Below are positions 37,882 to 47,756 of a stretch of DNA of 64,000 nucleotides, piece after piece. Made by a program: the position numbers and the translations under genes. Below the pieces are notes generated by a model. That model had not been told where the DNA came from. It saw only the letters and a program-made list of their open reading frames with translations, and searched no databases. Each line of letters starts with the position of its first letter. Positions within the stretch are counted from its first letter, which is position 1. Source of the DNA: Candidatus Heimdallarchaeota archaeon (GTDB lineage Archaea; Asgardarchaeota; Heimdallarchaeia; Heimdallarchaeales; Heimdallarchaeaceae); the NCBI GenBank assembly GCA_018238545.1, contig JABCTC010000003.1:32001-96000 (forward strand). Reading direction: 5' to 3'.

Positions 37882-38637
37882 TCAGAATAAAGATTTGAAG
37901 AATTTCCAGATAACTTTTTTGTTAATTTTTGATTCACCAAAATCCCTTGTACCAAATACGTAATTAACATGACTTATCTTTAGTTTGTTTTTGTGTATTT
38001 TCAAAAAATCAAAAAGAACCTTATAACCTTCCAGAATGAAGTCTTTTCCATGATTGGATATAGTTTGTTTCCAGATATTAGTTTCTGAAGCAAATAAGCC
38101 AGACATTATGTCTTTTACTCTGTTTCTTCTTCTAATCATTAATGAAAAACTTCCTAAGTATCTAGCAACATATGACATGAGTTTCCGTTGAATTGGCCAC
38201 TTCCCAATCACTTTCACTCTATTCCCCGCAACTAGATTATACCCTTCTTCTAACTTCACATAAAATTGTGGCAGTGATTCTGCAGGATGTTGCAAATCGC
38301 CGTCCATTACAAGAAAATATCTGGTTTTACATTCTTCTATTGCATCTAGGACACTTATAGTTAATCCATGTATTGGTTCATTTTTCCTATCAAGAAATTT
38401 CACACTTAAATCTCCTTCAAACCCATCTACCAATCTCTTTGTATTATCCTTTGATCCATCGTCAGATACTATTACATTAGCATGGGGTGTGATTCCTTCT
38501 ATCTTTTCTAAGAGCATTGAGATAGTTTTCTCTTCGTTTAAGGTTGGGATTATCACTGTTAAATTTGTATAACTTTCATTTGACGGTTTCATTATCTCTG
38601 ATGGTCTCTCGAAAATGCCTTTAAAAATCTTAAGCAA
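37882..38637 (-). CDS. GT2 glycosyltransferase, polyprenol/dolichol-phosphate mannose synthase-like
   Basis: VIIPTLNEE, SDDGSKD, VMDGDLQHP, DIMSGLF, GYKVL, RDFGESKI. Confidence 0.88.
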   Translation of the reverse strand: MLKIFKGIFERPSEIMKPSNESYTNLTVIIPTLNEEKTISMLLEKIEGITPHANVIVSDDGSKDNTKRLVDGFEGDLSVKFLDRKNEPIHGLTISVLDAIEECKTRYFLVMDGDLQHPAESLPQFYVKLEEGYNLVAGNRVKVIGKWPIQRKLMSYVARYLGSFSLMIRRRNRVKDIMSGLFASETNIWKQTISNHGKDFILEGYKVLFDFLKIHKNKLKISHVNYVFGTRDFGESKINKKVIWKFFKSLF

Positions 38638-38727
38638 ACTCTTTGAAAAAAATGTTTGTTCCTGTTTTTACTAAAATTCAATGAAACTAAGAAAATACTC
38701 AAATACACCTCAAAGTTATTTATTCTA

Positions 38728-39261
38728 ATGAGCTTATCGCCTAACGTAACTTACATAATAAAAATCATCAATGCTGGGGATTATGCAGTAGGCAAAACTA
38801 GCTTAGCAGTACGTTATACTCAGAATCGTTTCTCTTCATCTTACCTTCCAACACTTGGTGTTGATTTCTATAGTAAGAACATTCAATATGATGAAGATAC
38901 TATCCTCCGAATAGTTCTTTTTGATACAGTTGGTCAAGATAAATTGGCCACTTTAAGAAAACGATATTATACTGGTGCTCATGGTGCAGTTATTGTTTAT
39001 GATATAACAAGAAAAGAATCATTTGACCATATAAATAACTGGATTAATGAAGTTGAAGAAAAATGCCCAGAAATTCCCATTATCATCGTTGGCAATAAAA
39101 CTGATTTAAAGGAAAAACGTGCAGTAAAGGCTGAAGAAGCTGTTGACAAATGGGTAGAAAAAGGTTACATGGTTCTTGAATCTTCAGCTAAATTTGGTGA
39201 AGGTGTCGACGATATCTATACTATCATTGCCAAAAAAGTTATGGAAAAGATGGGCTATTAA
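38728..39261 (+). CDS. Rab-like small GTPase
   Basis: GDYAVGKTS, PTLGVDF, FDTVGQ, RYYTGAHGAVIVYDIT (RabF4/F5-like), GNKTDL, ESSAK. Confidence 0.93.
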   Translation: MSLSPNVTYIIKIINAGDYAVGKTSLAVRYTQNRFSSSYLPTLGVDFYSKNIQYDEDTILRIVLFDTVGQDKLATLRKRYYTGAHGAVIVYDITRKESFDHINNWINEVEEKCPEIPIIIVGNKTDLKEKRAVKAEEAVDKWVEKGYMVLESSAKFGEGVDDIYTIIAKKVMEKMGY

Positions 39262-39998
39262 GTAGCTCTCCACAATTCAATTGCTATTATCTTACCATTT
39301 TCTAAGAATAATCTTGGAATATAATCATCTGCTACAAATGAACCATCTTGTAATGAAACTTTGGATTCAGTACCAGGTTTTTCAAGATTTTCTGGAGCAA
39401 TGTAAAGCGAATCATCTATAATAATGTAATCTCTAATGCTCTTATCTATTGGTGGTAGTATTTCTAATTGTTTTATGACGTGTTCTACATCTATGACCTT
39501 TGTATCAATAGTAGAACTATATCTACGTTCAGTTTTAGCGATTACTGCTTTCTTAGTTTCAGTTTTTGGTTTTGGTTTAGCCTTTGGTTTAGCCTTTGGT
39601 TTAGCCTTTGGTTTAGCCTTTGGTTTAGTTTCAGTTTTAACTGTTGGCTTTGGAGTAGATCTTTTAATTACTGCAGCTTTGACTGCCCCAGATTTTGGTT
39701 TTGGAGCAGATTGACTTGTAGCTTGAAAGTTGCACGCTTCATCTACTGCTTGAAAAAATTCGTCGGTTGAATATGATTCTTCTAAGTTAACAATTTTGTA
39801 ACCAAGTTCCATCCGAACTCTTGCTGTTTCCCTTGCACAAGCAAATTTTGAATGTGGAGATGCTTGTTCTCCTATCCAAGTGTAAATTTTCTTCTGTAAG
39901 TGAGAAATCACTAACAAGACGTTTTCGGATTTTATTGCTACTTCCCTATTAGAACATTCAGCTAACTCACCTGAAGATTGTATAATGTAAAGACTCAT
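39258..39998 (-). CDS. Gelsolin-domain protein (Asgard 1DGelX-like architecture) with basic AKPK linker
   Basis: SENVLLV...KIYTWIGEQAS...KFACAR...IVNLEE gelsolin fold. C-terminal RDYIII...LQDGSF...YIPRLFLENGKIIAIELWR resembles Asgard gelsolin 'domain X' as I recall it. Confidence 0.75.
   Translation of the reverse strand: MSLYIIQSSGELAECSNREVAIKSENVLLVISHLQKKIYTWIGEQASPHSKFACARETARVRMELGYKIVNLEESYSTDEFFQAVDEACNFQATSQSAPKPKSGAVKAAVIKRSTPKPTVKTETKPKAKPKAKPKAKPKAKPKPKTETKKAVIAKTERRYSSTIDTKVIDVEHVIKQLEILPPIDKSIRDYIIIDDSLYIAPENLEKPGTESKVSLQDGSFVADDYIPRLFLENGKIIAIELWRAT
39570..39629 (-). repeat. 12-bp tandem repeat [G/A]CTAAACCAAAG x5 encoding TKPK(AKPK)4
   Basis: Read directly; same unit as 19829-19936. 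Confidence 0.95.
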
Positions 39999-40293
39999 AC
40001 AAGAAGGTTACCCATACTTCATTTTTATACTTGGTGATAGCTTCAAGAGATTTTCTAAATTTGTTCAATAACTGGTATTCTATCTGGGTTCCTTTCCGCA
40101 AAAAAATTAATGTTTTTTCCTTCTATAACAAGAGAATTATAATCATCAGATATAGAATGCATAATTTGATGTGATATAAAAAGAACTTTCTTATATTAGT
40201 TCACAAAAGTTTTTACGAGCAAATGTTAAATACTCATTCTACAATATAGTTTTGTAGGATATAGTCTTAATATTTACAGCAGAGGATAATATT

Positions 40294-41157
40294 ATGAGTT
40301 CAAAAGTTATTGAATCAATTGCTTATTCATATATTGGTAGATTAGTTGAACCTTATTTAGCTGAATTTGACGGTCTCAAAATGACTTTAAGAAAAGCTGG
40401 AATAGATAAAAGCGTAAGAATGTACCTAAGTGTAAGAATCTTTTGGGCAATAATTTTAGCTGTAGTTTCATTGATATTTCTGATTGCTATTTATATTATA
40501 GTTCCAGAATTTTCGATAATTTTAGTGATAATATTACCTATACTAGTTCTTACGAGTATGTTTGTATATAGTTGGGTTTACCCTAGTTATCTTGTAGGAG
40601 AAAGAAAACGAAAGTTGGAAGCGGCTTTACCGACTGCAGCAAGTTACATGACTGCAATGGCCTCAGCTGGGGTTACACCAGATAGGATTTTTCTTTCTTT
40701 GACAAAAGAAAAAATTGGTGAAGCTATTGTTAAGGATGCAAAGAAAATTTCTAGAGATATTCAAGTTTTTGGTTATGATATTGTTCTTGCTTTAAGTCAA
40801 GCATCTCTTAGATCTCCATCACCCAAATATTCAAGCTTCCTTGAAGGAATTGTTGGAACTTTTACTTCAGGAGGAGAACTTCAAAGATTTCTTGAAGTAT
40901 CCACTGAAACTCTAATGAATGATAAAGTTCAAAGTGAAAAGAATTTCATTGAAGTCCTAGGAATCATGGCCGAACTATTCATGGTTCTAGGTGTAGTCTC
41001 TCCAATCTTCTTTATAGTTATTTTAGCTATGATGTCAATGCTTGGAGGATCATCTGGAAATTCTACAACAATGATGGCAGTTTTAGTTTATATAATTATT
41101 CCAGTTTCAGAAATGGCGATTATTGTGCTCATAGATGCACAACAACCAGAAATGTAG
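40294..41157 (+). CDS. Type IV pilus/T2SS F-family platform membrane protein (TadC/ArlJ-like, half 1)
   Basis: LRKAGI, LPTAASYMTAMASAG, GYDIVLAL..ASLRSPS, SGGELQRFL. Confidence 0.88.
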   Translation: MSSKVIESIAYSYIGRLVEPYLAEFDGLKMTLRKAGIDKSVRMYLSVRIFWAIILAVVSLIFLIAIYIIVPEFSIILVIILPILVLTSMFVYSWVYPSYLVGERKRKLEAALPTAASYMTAMASAGVTPDRIFLSLTKEKIGEAIVKDAKKISRDIQVFGYDIVLALSQASLRSPSPKYSSFLEGIVGTFTSGGELQRFLEVSTETLMNDKVQSEKNFIEVLGIMAELFMVLGVVSPIFFIVILAMMSMLGGSSGNSTTMMAVLVYIIIPVSEMAIIVLIDAQQPEM

Positions 41158-42096
41158 GTGAATGAAATGTCAGTAGGTGAAGAAGTAGAAGTAGAAACAA
41201 AACAGTTTCAAATTACACAAGATATAATTTATTGGGCGATAGCTATCGCTTCTGGATTAATTTTAGTTACACTCGGTATAGTAGATGTTATTGCCACAAG
41301 TCAAGGTAGTGACTTTATAACGATTTTAGACATTAATGATTTCGTCATCTTAGCAATAATCGTTGTCATAGGTATCCCCACATTTCTAATTGTTCTAAGA
41401 GAAGAAAGAAGACAATCAAGAATTGACGAAAATTTACCTTATCTTCTTCGAGAGATTAGTAATGCACAACGAACAGGTATGAGTTTACCTAGAGCAATTC
41501 AAGAATCTGCTAAAAGGCATTATGGACCATTGACTCCTGAGCTGAGAAAAATGTCAAGCAAAATTACTTGGGGAATTCCATTTAGCAAAGCAATGACTGA
41601 CTTTCAAACTGCTGTAAATACTCCTTTGGCCCAAAGAGCAACTGTACTTATACTTGAAGCAGAGAGGTCTGGAGGAAATCTCGAAGATATTTTTGAAGCA
41701 ACTGAGAACCATATTCAAACTCTTCTTAATCTTAAGAAAGAAAGAGAAGGGGCAATGAAACCTTATGTTATGATAGTCTACGCTTCCTACATAATTTTCA
41801 TCATGGTTGTCGTTATCTTATTTGTAACATTCTTTATTCCATTCGGTTCAGCAAATATCTCGCCAGATCAAACAGCTGGGATGTTTTTACTGGAAATAGA
41901 TTTAGATACGTTGGAGATATTATTTTTACACATGCTTGCTGTTCAAGGCTTTTTCTCGGGTCTTGTAGCAGGAAAGATGTCTAAAATGTCTGTTAAGGCT
42001 GGCTTTATGCACTCAGTTGTGATGATGTTTATTGGTTGGTTTGCATTCAAAATACTTATTCAACCTGACAATCCATTGATTTCTATAAATGTATAA
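41158..42096 (+). CDS. Type IV pilus/T2SS F-family platform membrane protein (half 2)
   Basis: IDENLPYLLREI..AQRTGMSL, YGPLTPEL, WGIPF, EAERSGG, GFFSGLVAGKM. Confidence 0.88.
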   Translation: MNEMSVGEEVEVETKQFQITQDIIYWAIAIASGLILVTLGIVDVIATSQGSDFITILDINDFVILAIIVVIGIPTFLIVLREERRQSRIDENLPYLLREISNAQRTGMSLPRAIQESAKRHYGPLTPELRKMSSKITWGIPFSKAMTDFQTAVNTPLAQRATVLILEAERSGGNLEDIFEATENHIQTLLNLKKEREGAMKPYVMIVYASYIIFIMVVVILFVTFFIPFGSANISPDQTAGMFLLEIDLDTLEILFLHMLAVQGFFSGLVAGKMSKMSVKAGFMHSVVMMFIGWFAFKILIQPDNPLISINV

Positions 42097-42114
42097 TAAA
42101 ACGGTGAAACTAAA

Positions 42115-42543
42115 ATGCCTAAATTAGAAGATGATGTCAAATCTCTAAAAGATGAGATTGAGGAAGTTAAACGAGTTGTAAATCAAATCAGTTTTAATAT
42201 TGTAAGAATGATGGGTAACCTAGACAAAGCAGGGGGAACGAGCTCTTCAGGTGATTCTGAAGGATCTATTGGTTCTGTTTCGGTTGATTTGGGTCCTTTA
42301 GAGGATAAGATTGATAGAATAGAATCAATGATGAGCACTAAATCAGATTTAGCTGAACTAAGAGAACAAGTTGAAAACGTTGCATCTGAAAAGATAAAAA
42401 ATGCAGAGAGTATGCAAGAAAGAGCTACTAATCTACTTGAAAAAGGCATGGAACTAGTTGAACTAGAAGCCACTTTAGCAGAGATTAAATCACTACTAGA
42501 AGAACGCATATTGGGCGATGATTCAGAAGAAAAAGGAGAATAA
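42115..42543 (+). CDS. Acidic coiled-coil protein in pilus operon
   Basis: Heptad pattern, GGTGA SD, co-oriented in the operon. Confidence 0.65.
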   Translation: MPKLEDDVKSLKDEIEEVKRVVNQISFNIVRMMGNLDKAGGTSSSGDSEGSIGSVSVDLGPLEDKIDRIESMMSTKSDLAELREQVENVASEKIKNAESMQERATNLLEKGMELVELEATLAEIKSLLEERILGDDSEEKGE

Positions 42544-42570
42544 AAATTGATAAAATCTAATAAGAAGCAT

Positions 42571-43704
42571 ATGCTGAAGAGACTCAGAAAGAGCAAGATT
42601 GCACAAATTAGAGGTGTTGACTTTGCTTTAGCTATGCTGATTTTTATTCTGGCGTTTAGTCAAATTGTATTGGTTCTAACAAATTTACTGATTCCTTCAC
42701 TTGTTCAGATAGAAACTTATTCACAGGAACAAGATTTGAATAAGGTACATCACAATATATTTCTTACAGAGGGCACCCCCTCTAACTGGGGACAGATAGG
42801 AACAGCTTCAATGTCTGATTTCCGATTAGGTTTGTTGAATAACCAAAATTCTCTTGATTTCACAAAAATCAATAGATTAGTTTCTAGCATAACTAGTTAT
42901 TGGAGTATTAATTATATCAATGTCAAAATGTCTTATGGGTTAATTGCTGATTTTGCTATTGAAATTAGCTCATCAATTCGAGTATCGATTGATGAATATA
43001 CATCTGCATTTGGCAACATAAATCTTTATGGCTCCGTTAAGGAATTCCAAACTAATATTGAAGATGCAAAAATTTGGGCATTTGTTATTGATGCCAATGG
43101 CAATGTTGCAATAAATTCTACTACAACACAAGATATCTCTGATTCTATTATCTTTCACTCTTCATTCTCAACAACAATAAGCGATTATTATACAATAGTG
43201 GTTTTTGCAGAGGTTGGAGAACTTTATCAAGATTATACTGTAATGAGAATATACAAAGGAGGGGGACTAGAGTATTCAGAAATTGCAATGGATTATACTC
43301 CTTTTGTAAGAGAGAATACTGATGTAGATTATAGTGCAGTTGATGTAAGTGTTACTAGAGCTCCTTTGAGTGATGAGGCTCAAGCTATAGTTGTTTTTCC
43401 ATTTGAAGATCCTAGTGTTTCTTACTTTAAACAGAATCTTCAACAAATCGGGAGTGTTGAAGGAGAAATTTATTTTGGTGAGCAAGTAGCTATGCCAGCT
43501 GATGGTTTAGCAGTGGTTGTTGTACATGAGCGAGAAAACATAGAATATAGAGCAGGATATCTCGGTGTTCCTATGTTCTTGAGACAATCTGATGGGGGAA
43601 TTTACGGTCCCTATTCCGAACTTAATCAACAAACCTACATCTCTGAAACTTATACAATGAATATGAGAGGTCTACTGGTTAAATGCCGAATTTGGTATTG
43701 GTGA
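42571..43704 (+). CDS. Class III signal peptide (pilin-like) protein
   Basis: KSKIA|QIRGVDFALAMLIF followed by a hydrophobic helix; TEGTPSNW motif typical of archaeal minor pilins. Confidence 0.7.
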   Translation: MLKRLRKSKIAQIRGVDFALAMLIFILAFSQIVLVLTNLLIPSLVQIETYSQEQDLNKVHHNIFLTEGTPSNWGQIGTASMSDFRLGLLNNQNSLDFTKINRLVSSITSYWSINYINVKMSYGLIADFAIEISSSIRVSIDEYTSAFGNINLYGSVKEFQTNIEDAKIWAFVIDANGNVAINSTTTQDISDSIIFHSSFSTTISDYYTIVVFAEVGELYQDYTVMRIYKGGGLEYSEIAMDYTPFVRENTDVDYSAVDVSVTRAPLSDEAQAIVVFPFEDPSVSYFKQNLQQIGSVEGEIYFGEQVAMPADGLAVVVVHERENIEYRAGYLGVPMFLRQSDGGIYGPYSELNQQTYISETYTMNMRGLLVKCRIWYW

Positions 43705-44177
43705 TGAATATGAAAAGAGGAATAATGAACAAAAAAGGTCAGCTGTTTATTATTGAAGCATTCATTGCAGTTTCTGTAATGATTATCATGGTAACTGCTC
43801 TATATGAAGTACAACTTGCGACACAACCTCCAATAGAAACAGGATACAATGTTGAGATATATGATATTCTGACATCTCTAGACAATAATGGACAATTGGA
43901 TGAATTTCTTATAGCTATTAATTCTGGAACATCTGAAGATATATCCTCAATAAAGAATTTAATTAATCAAGCTATTTCTGGAGTTCTGCCTGACAATGGT
44001 GTATTCACTTTATATTGTGAAAATCTCGTTACGGGAGAAGTTATTACAAACAGTTGGATAAATGAAGGTTATTCCTATACAGGAAAAACTATGGGATTGG
44101 ACTATCTTTTGCTGTCAAGAAATGGTGATTATGCTCCTCACCAAATTCATATTCAATACTGGTTAATAGGTGTTTAG
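43704..44177 (+). CDS. Minor pilin-like protein
   Basis: NKKG|QLFIIEAFIAVSVMIIMV class III signal. Confidence 0.75.
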   Translation: MNMKRGIMNKKGQLFIIEAFIAVSVMIIMVTALYEVQLATQPPIETGYNVEIYDILTSLDNNGQLDEFLIAINSGTSEDISSIKNLINQAISGVLPDNGVFTLYCENLVTGEVITNSWINEGYSYTGKTMGLDYLLLSRNGDYAPHQIHIQYWLIGV

Positions 44178-44178
44178 A

Positions 44179-44862
44179 ATGGGTAAGAACATATTCAAAA
44201 TAAGAAAAAGAAAAGGGCAAGTCTTTCTTCTTTTAGCTATAACTATCTTGATTTACCTGGTACTCCTATCAACAACGGTATATCGCATTACTCAAAGCCC
44301 ATATATCTCTCCAGCACCAAATCAAGAACAAATCAATTTCTATGTAGAAAATTCTGTTTCTTCATTAGAGAAACTTGTTGATGTTGCAATCTCCCAATTC
44401 TCAAGAAGCTATACTGTTAGTAGCATTATTTCGATTATTACTGAAGGGATTGCTATGGTAGAATCCTTCCTAGATGAACACAATCTACCGGCAACATTGA
44501 TGTTCGACAATTCGACATTTACCTTATCAAACTCTAGCACTGCTACAAATCCAACGTATATTACTTGCTCCATGGAAGTATCTATTCATATTGATAGTCC
44601 AGATTTCTATTATGATGCAACGTTCGTTTTTGATACAACATATTATCTAGAAATATCAGAAACAACAGGAACTGAAAATTATATCTATACCTATAAGATT
44701 AGCAATGGTTATAGAACCATTATCAATGATGCAACAATTACTATAGAACCAACAACTCCCGTGAGTAACCTTCTAGATGGAAGATATGAAGCAGATTTAC
44801 AGGTTGGGCAAATGATTTTCGCAACCATTCCAACTAATATTCTTCTATGGTTAGAAGTTTAA
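44179..44862 (+). CDS. Minor pilin-like protein
   Basis: RKRKG|QVFLLLAITILIYLVLL class III signal. Confidence 0.72.
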   Translation: MGKNIFKIRKRKGQVFLLLAITILIYLVLLSTTVYRITQSPYISPAPNQEQINFYVENSVSSLEKLVDVAISQFSRSYTVSSIISIITEGIAMVESFLDEHNLPATLMFDNSTFTLSNSSTATNPTYITCSMEVSIHIDSPDFYYDATFVFDTTYYLEISETTGTENYIYTYKISNGYRTIINDATITIEPTTPVSNLLDGRYEADLQVGQMIFATIPTNILLWLEV

Positions 44863-44883
44863 AGAGAAATTAACTCTCTTTAC

Positions 44884-45531
44884 TTACTCTACCTCAATTT
44901 TATAGTCTTTCTTCTTATTTTTATCTTCTTTAACTTCAATGATTACTTCTAGAACACCGTTTTTGTATTTGGCTTTAGCTGTATTGATGAGAACAGCAAC
45001 TGGCAAACTTACGGATTTTTCATACTTTCGGGATTGAGAATGAGCTTTTATTGTGAGAGTTCTTTCAGATCCACTTAATTTTATATCTCCTTTGTTGATC
45101 CCTGGTACTTCCGCGATTACTCTTACTTTGTCTTCTTCTTTGAAAACATCAATTAGCGGTTCTCTAACATCTGTAGCTTCAATATCCCCATATGCTTTAG
45201 GTTTTAGGTTTCCAAATTGGCCAAAACTGGGCTTTCCATCAGGTCCAATCCCGATGTTGAAACCAAAGACATATGGATTATTCATTATATCTTCAAGATT
45301 TCCTGAATCTATTCCCTCTTCTATATTTTTCATAAGATTTTTCATCAATTCATCCATGATTTTTCCAAAGGAGGACCCCTTGAAATAAGGTAGGAACTTT
45401 TCCATTATTTCATCTATATTACCAAACTCTCCACTTATTTTAGATAAATCGAAAGGAAAAGCGAAATCATCATCTTTATCATCTTCGGGTTTTTTCTTTT
45501 TCTTTTTATTTTCATCATCATTTGAGTTCAA
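44884..45531 (-). CDS. hsp20: Archaeal small heat-shock protein Hsp20
   Basis: PYVFGFNIGIGPDGKP, REPLIDVF, IAEVPGI, AKAKYKNGVLEV. Probable TTG start at 45531 after AGGTG. Confidence 0.92.
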   Translation of the reverse strand: MNSNDDENKKKKKKPEDDKDDDFAFPFDLSKISGEFGNIDEIMEKFLPYFKGSSFGKIMDELMKNLMKNIEEGIDSGNLEDIMNNPYVFGFNIGIGPDGKPSFGQFGNLKPKAYGDIEATDVREPLIDVFKEEDKVRVIAEVPGINKGDIKLSGSERTLTIKAHSQSRKYEKSVSLPVAVLINTAKAKYKNGVLEVIIEVKEDKNKKKDYKIEVE

Positions 45532-45637
45532 GTTACTGCACCTATGTTTACACATTGAAAACTTAGTTCTCTAATTATTTAAACCCGATTATTTGAAGAA
45601 AATAAAAAATGAGAAATAATTAGAAAGAGAAAAAGGA

Positions 45638-47173
45638 TTATGCTTTTAGTCCTTTTCTAGCTTTTTCCAAAGCTCTATCTGGATCAGAATTATATTCTTG
45701 AATAACAGACGCTACATCTTCGAAGTATCTGATACGTTTCTTAACCATCCATCGGAGAATAGTTTTTCTTCTTTCTAATTCATCGAAGATATCTTGTTCT
45801 TCCAATCCTGTTATTTCCATAATTTTCTCGAGAACGTAACTTCTCCCAAAGTAGATGAAAGTATCATCTTTTGGATTCCACTGGAACAATTTATTTGTCA
45901 GTATTTCTTCTGTTACGGGGTCAAGACCAATCAATTCTGTTATTGATTGGGTTCTACGAGCAAATTTAGATTGCAATCGGACTTTACGAATAACATGGAT
46001 TAAATCAAGAGATTTCATCATTGAACGTGGAATATTCATTGGTTTACTTTCTAATCTGTGGATGATACCTTCAACAGAGTCACCATGAATAGTTCCCAGA
46101 CCTCTGTGACCTGTACTCATTGCTTGGAACATAGCATAAGCTTCACCACCACGGATTTCTCCCACGATAATATAGTCAGGTCTCTGTCTCATGGCCGCAC
46201 GAAGCAATTCATACATAGAAATCTGACCTCTTCTGTATCCAGTTTCAGTCGCTTCACCGAAACCTGAACGCACGACACTTGGTATCCAGTTCTCGTGTGC
46301 AAGATTCAATTCTGCTGTATCTTCAATGGTTATAATCTTCAAATCTGGTTTAATCATCATAGATATGGTATTTAGTAGAGTGGTTTTACCAGCTGCAGTG
46401 CCCCCTGCAATGAGAGTGCTGACATTGTGTTCCATTGTGAACCAATAATATGCAGCTATGTCTAAATCTATTGTATTGTATAGAATAAGATCTGTTATTG
46501 TGAATGGATCTGCTTTGAATTTTCTTGCTGTGAATGTAGATCCTCTTTGAGTAACTTCTTTTCCATAAGTTAGTTGGATTCTACTACCATCTGGTAGAGA
46601 AGCATCCAACAGTGGATTAGCTATACTAATATGTCTGTTTGCTCTTTGAGCCAATTTTATGATGAAACTATCCAAAATTTCTGCATTGTCAAAAGAAACA
46701 TTGGTAGAAATAGATTCATATTTCCTGTGCCATACATAGATTGGGATACCTATGCCGTCACATGAGATGTCTTCTATATTTGGATCTAACATAAAAGGTT
46801 GGATTTTTCCGTAACCTATAAGATCTCGAGCTAGATAATACATGATTTTCTCAAATTGTGATTCATTTAGTGAAATACGATATCGTTTAATTATATCAAC
46901 AATTTTCTTTTTAAGAAACTCTTCAGCTTTTTCTGTAGATTTTAAAACGGAAAGATCAACATCAAGTTCATCAATCATAATATCCAAGATTTTCTTGTAG
47001 ATTGCTTGTTCTTTGCTGTCAAGTGGGATTTCAACAACCATATATTGTGTTCTTTTAGAAACTGGGTCAGTTTGGATTAGTACATAGGAAAATGGAGGAC
47101 TGACAGGATATGTTTCTTCAAGAATCGGAACAGCAGCTGTATCAGTAAAAGCTTCGCCTGTATCTTCTTGCAT
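45638..47173 (-). CDS. Type II/IV secretion (pilus assembly) ATPase, ArlI/VirB11-like
   Basis: DPNIEDISCDG, LPDGSRIQ, GGTAAGKTT, IEDTAEL, MRQRPDYIIVGEIRG.EA, QAMSTGH. Confidence 0.95.
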   Translation of the reverse strand: MQEDTGEAFTDTAAVPILEETYPVSPPFSYVLIQTDPVSKRTQYMVVEIPLDSKEQAIYKKILDIMIDELDVDLSVLKSTEKAEEFLKKKIVDIIKRYRISLNESQFEKIMYYLARDLIGYGKIQPFMLDPNIEDISCDGIGIPIYVWHRKYESISTNVSFDNAEILDSFIIKLAQRANRHISIANPLLDASLPDGSRIQLTYGKEVTQRGSTFTARKFKADPFTITDLILYNTIDLDIAAYYWFTMEHNVSTLIAGGTAAGKTTLLNTISMMIKPDLKIITIEDTAELNLAHENWIPSVVRSGFGEATETGYRRGQISMYELLRAAMRQRPDYIIVGEIRGGEAYAMFQAMSTGHRGLGTIHGDSVEGIIHRLESKPMNIPRSMMKSLDLIHVIRKVRLQSKFARRTQSITELIGLDPVTEEILTNKLFQWNPKDDTFIYFGRSYVLEKIMEITGLEEQDIFDELERRKTILRWMVKKRIRYFEDVASVIQEYNSDPDRALEKARKGLKA

Positions 47174-47282
47174 AAAATATTATTATGATTTACTCTTTTT
47201 AAATGTATTTTTCATATTAGATGTAAAGTTAATCAAAAAAACTGTTTGTGGACTAAAATTTAAGAAAAAAATAAGAAGTTTT

Positions 47283-47747
47283 TTAGTCTTCTAAAATTAT
47301 GTTACTGGTTATACCATTATAAGTGAATCTTACTCTTGGAACTTCTCCCGTACTTTCTATTAATCCTGATATTGAAATACTTTCAGGAGATATTAACAAT
47401 GATACTGTTACAGAAACATCTGTATTACCAATTAAGCTTGCTTTTAGAGAGTAAGTTAGATTATTGAAAATTACTTCTATTTTATATTCTTCTTCTTGTA
47501 TTTGTTCTGGAATAGCCAACATTATATGTATGTCAAGCTCTGTTGCACCTTGAGCTATTTGCTGTTGTGCACTCTCCTTGAGACCATATATTGATTCAGC
47601 AATGTTTTGGAGAATATTTTCCATTCCCGTTTCTATGGCCCTGTCTTCCATAGAATTATTTATCGAAATCATTGTAACAGAAATCCCTCCAATAGCTAGG
47701 GATCCAACAAGAAGTATTGATAGATACATAATATATTCGCTTGGCAT
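47283..47747 (-). CDS. Pilin-like protein (N-terminal hydrophobic helix, no basic leader)
   Basis: MPSEYIMYLSILLVGSLAIGG; lies in the pilus operon between a pilin and the ATPase. Confidence 0.55.
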   Translation of the reverse strand: MPSEYIMYLSILLVGSLAIGGISVTMISINNSMEDRAIETGMENILQNIAESIYGLKESAQQQIAQGATELDIHIMLAIPEQIQEEEYKIEVIFNNLTYSLKASLIGNTDVSVTVSLLISPESISISGLIESTGEVPRVRFTYNGITSNIILED

Positions 47748-47756
47748 TTTATTCTC

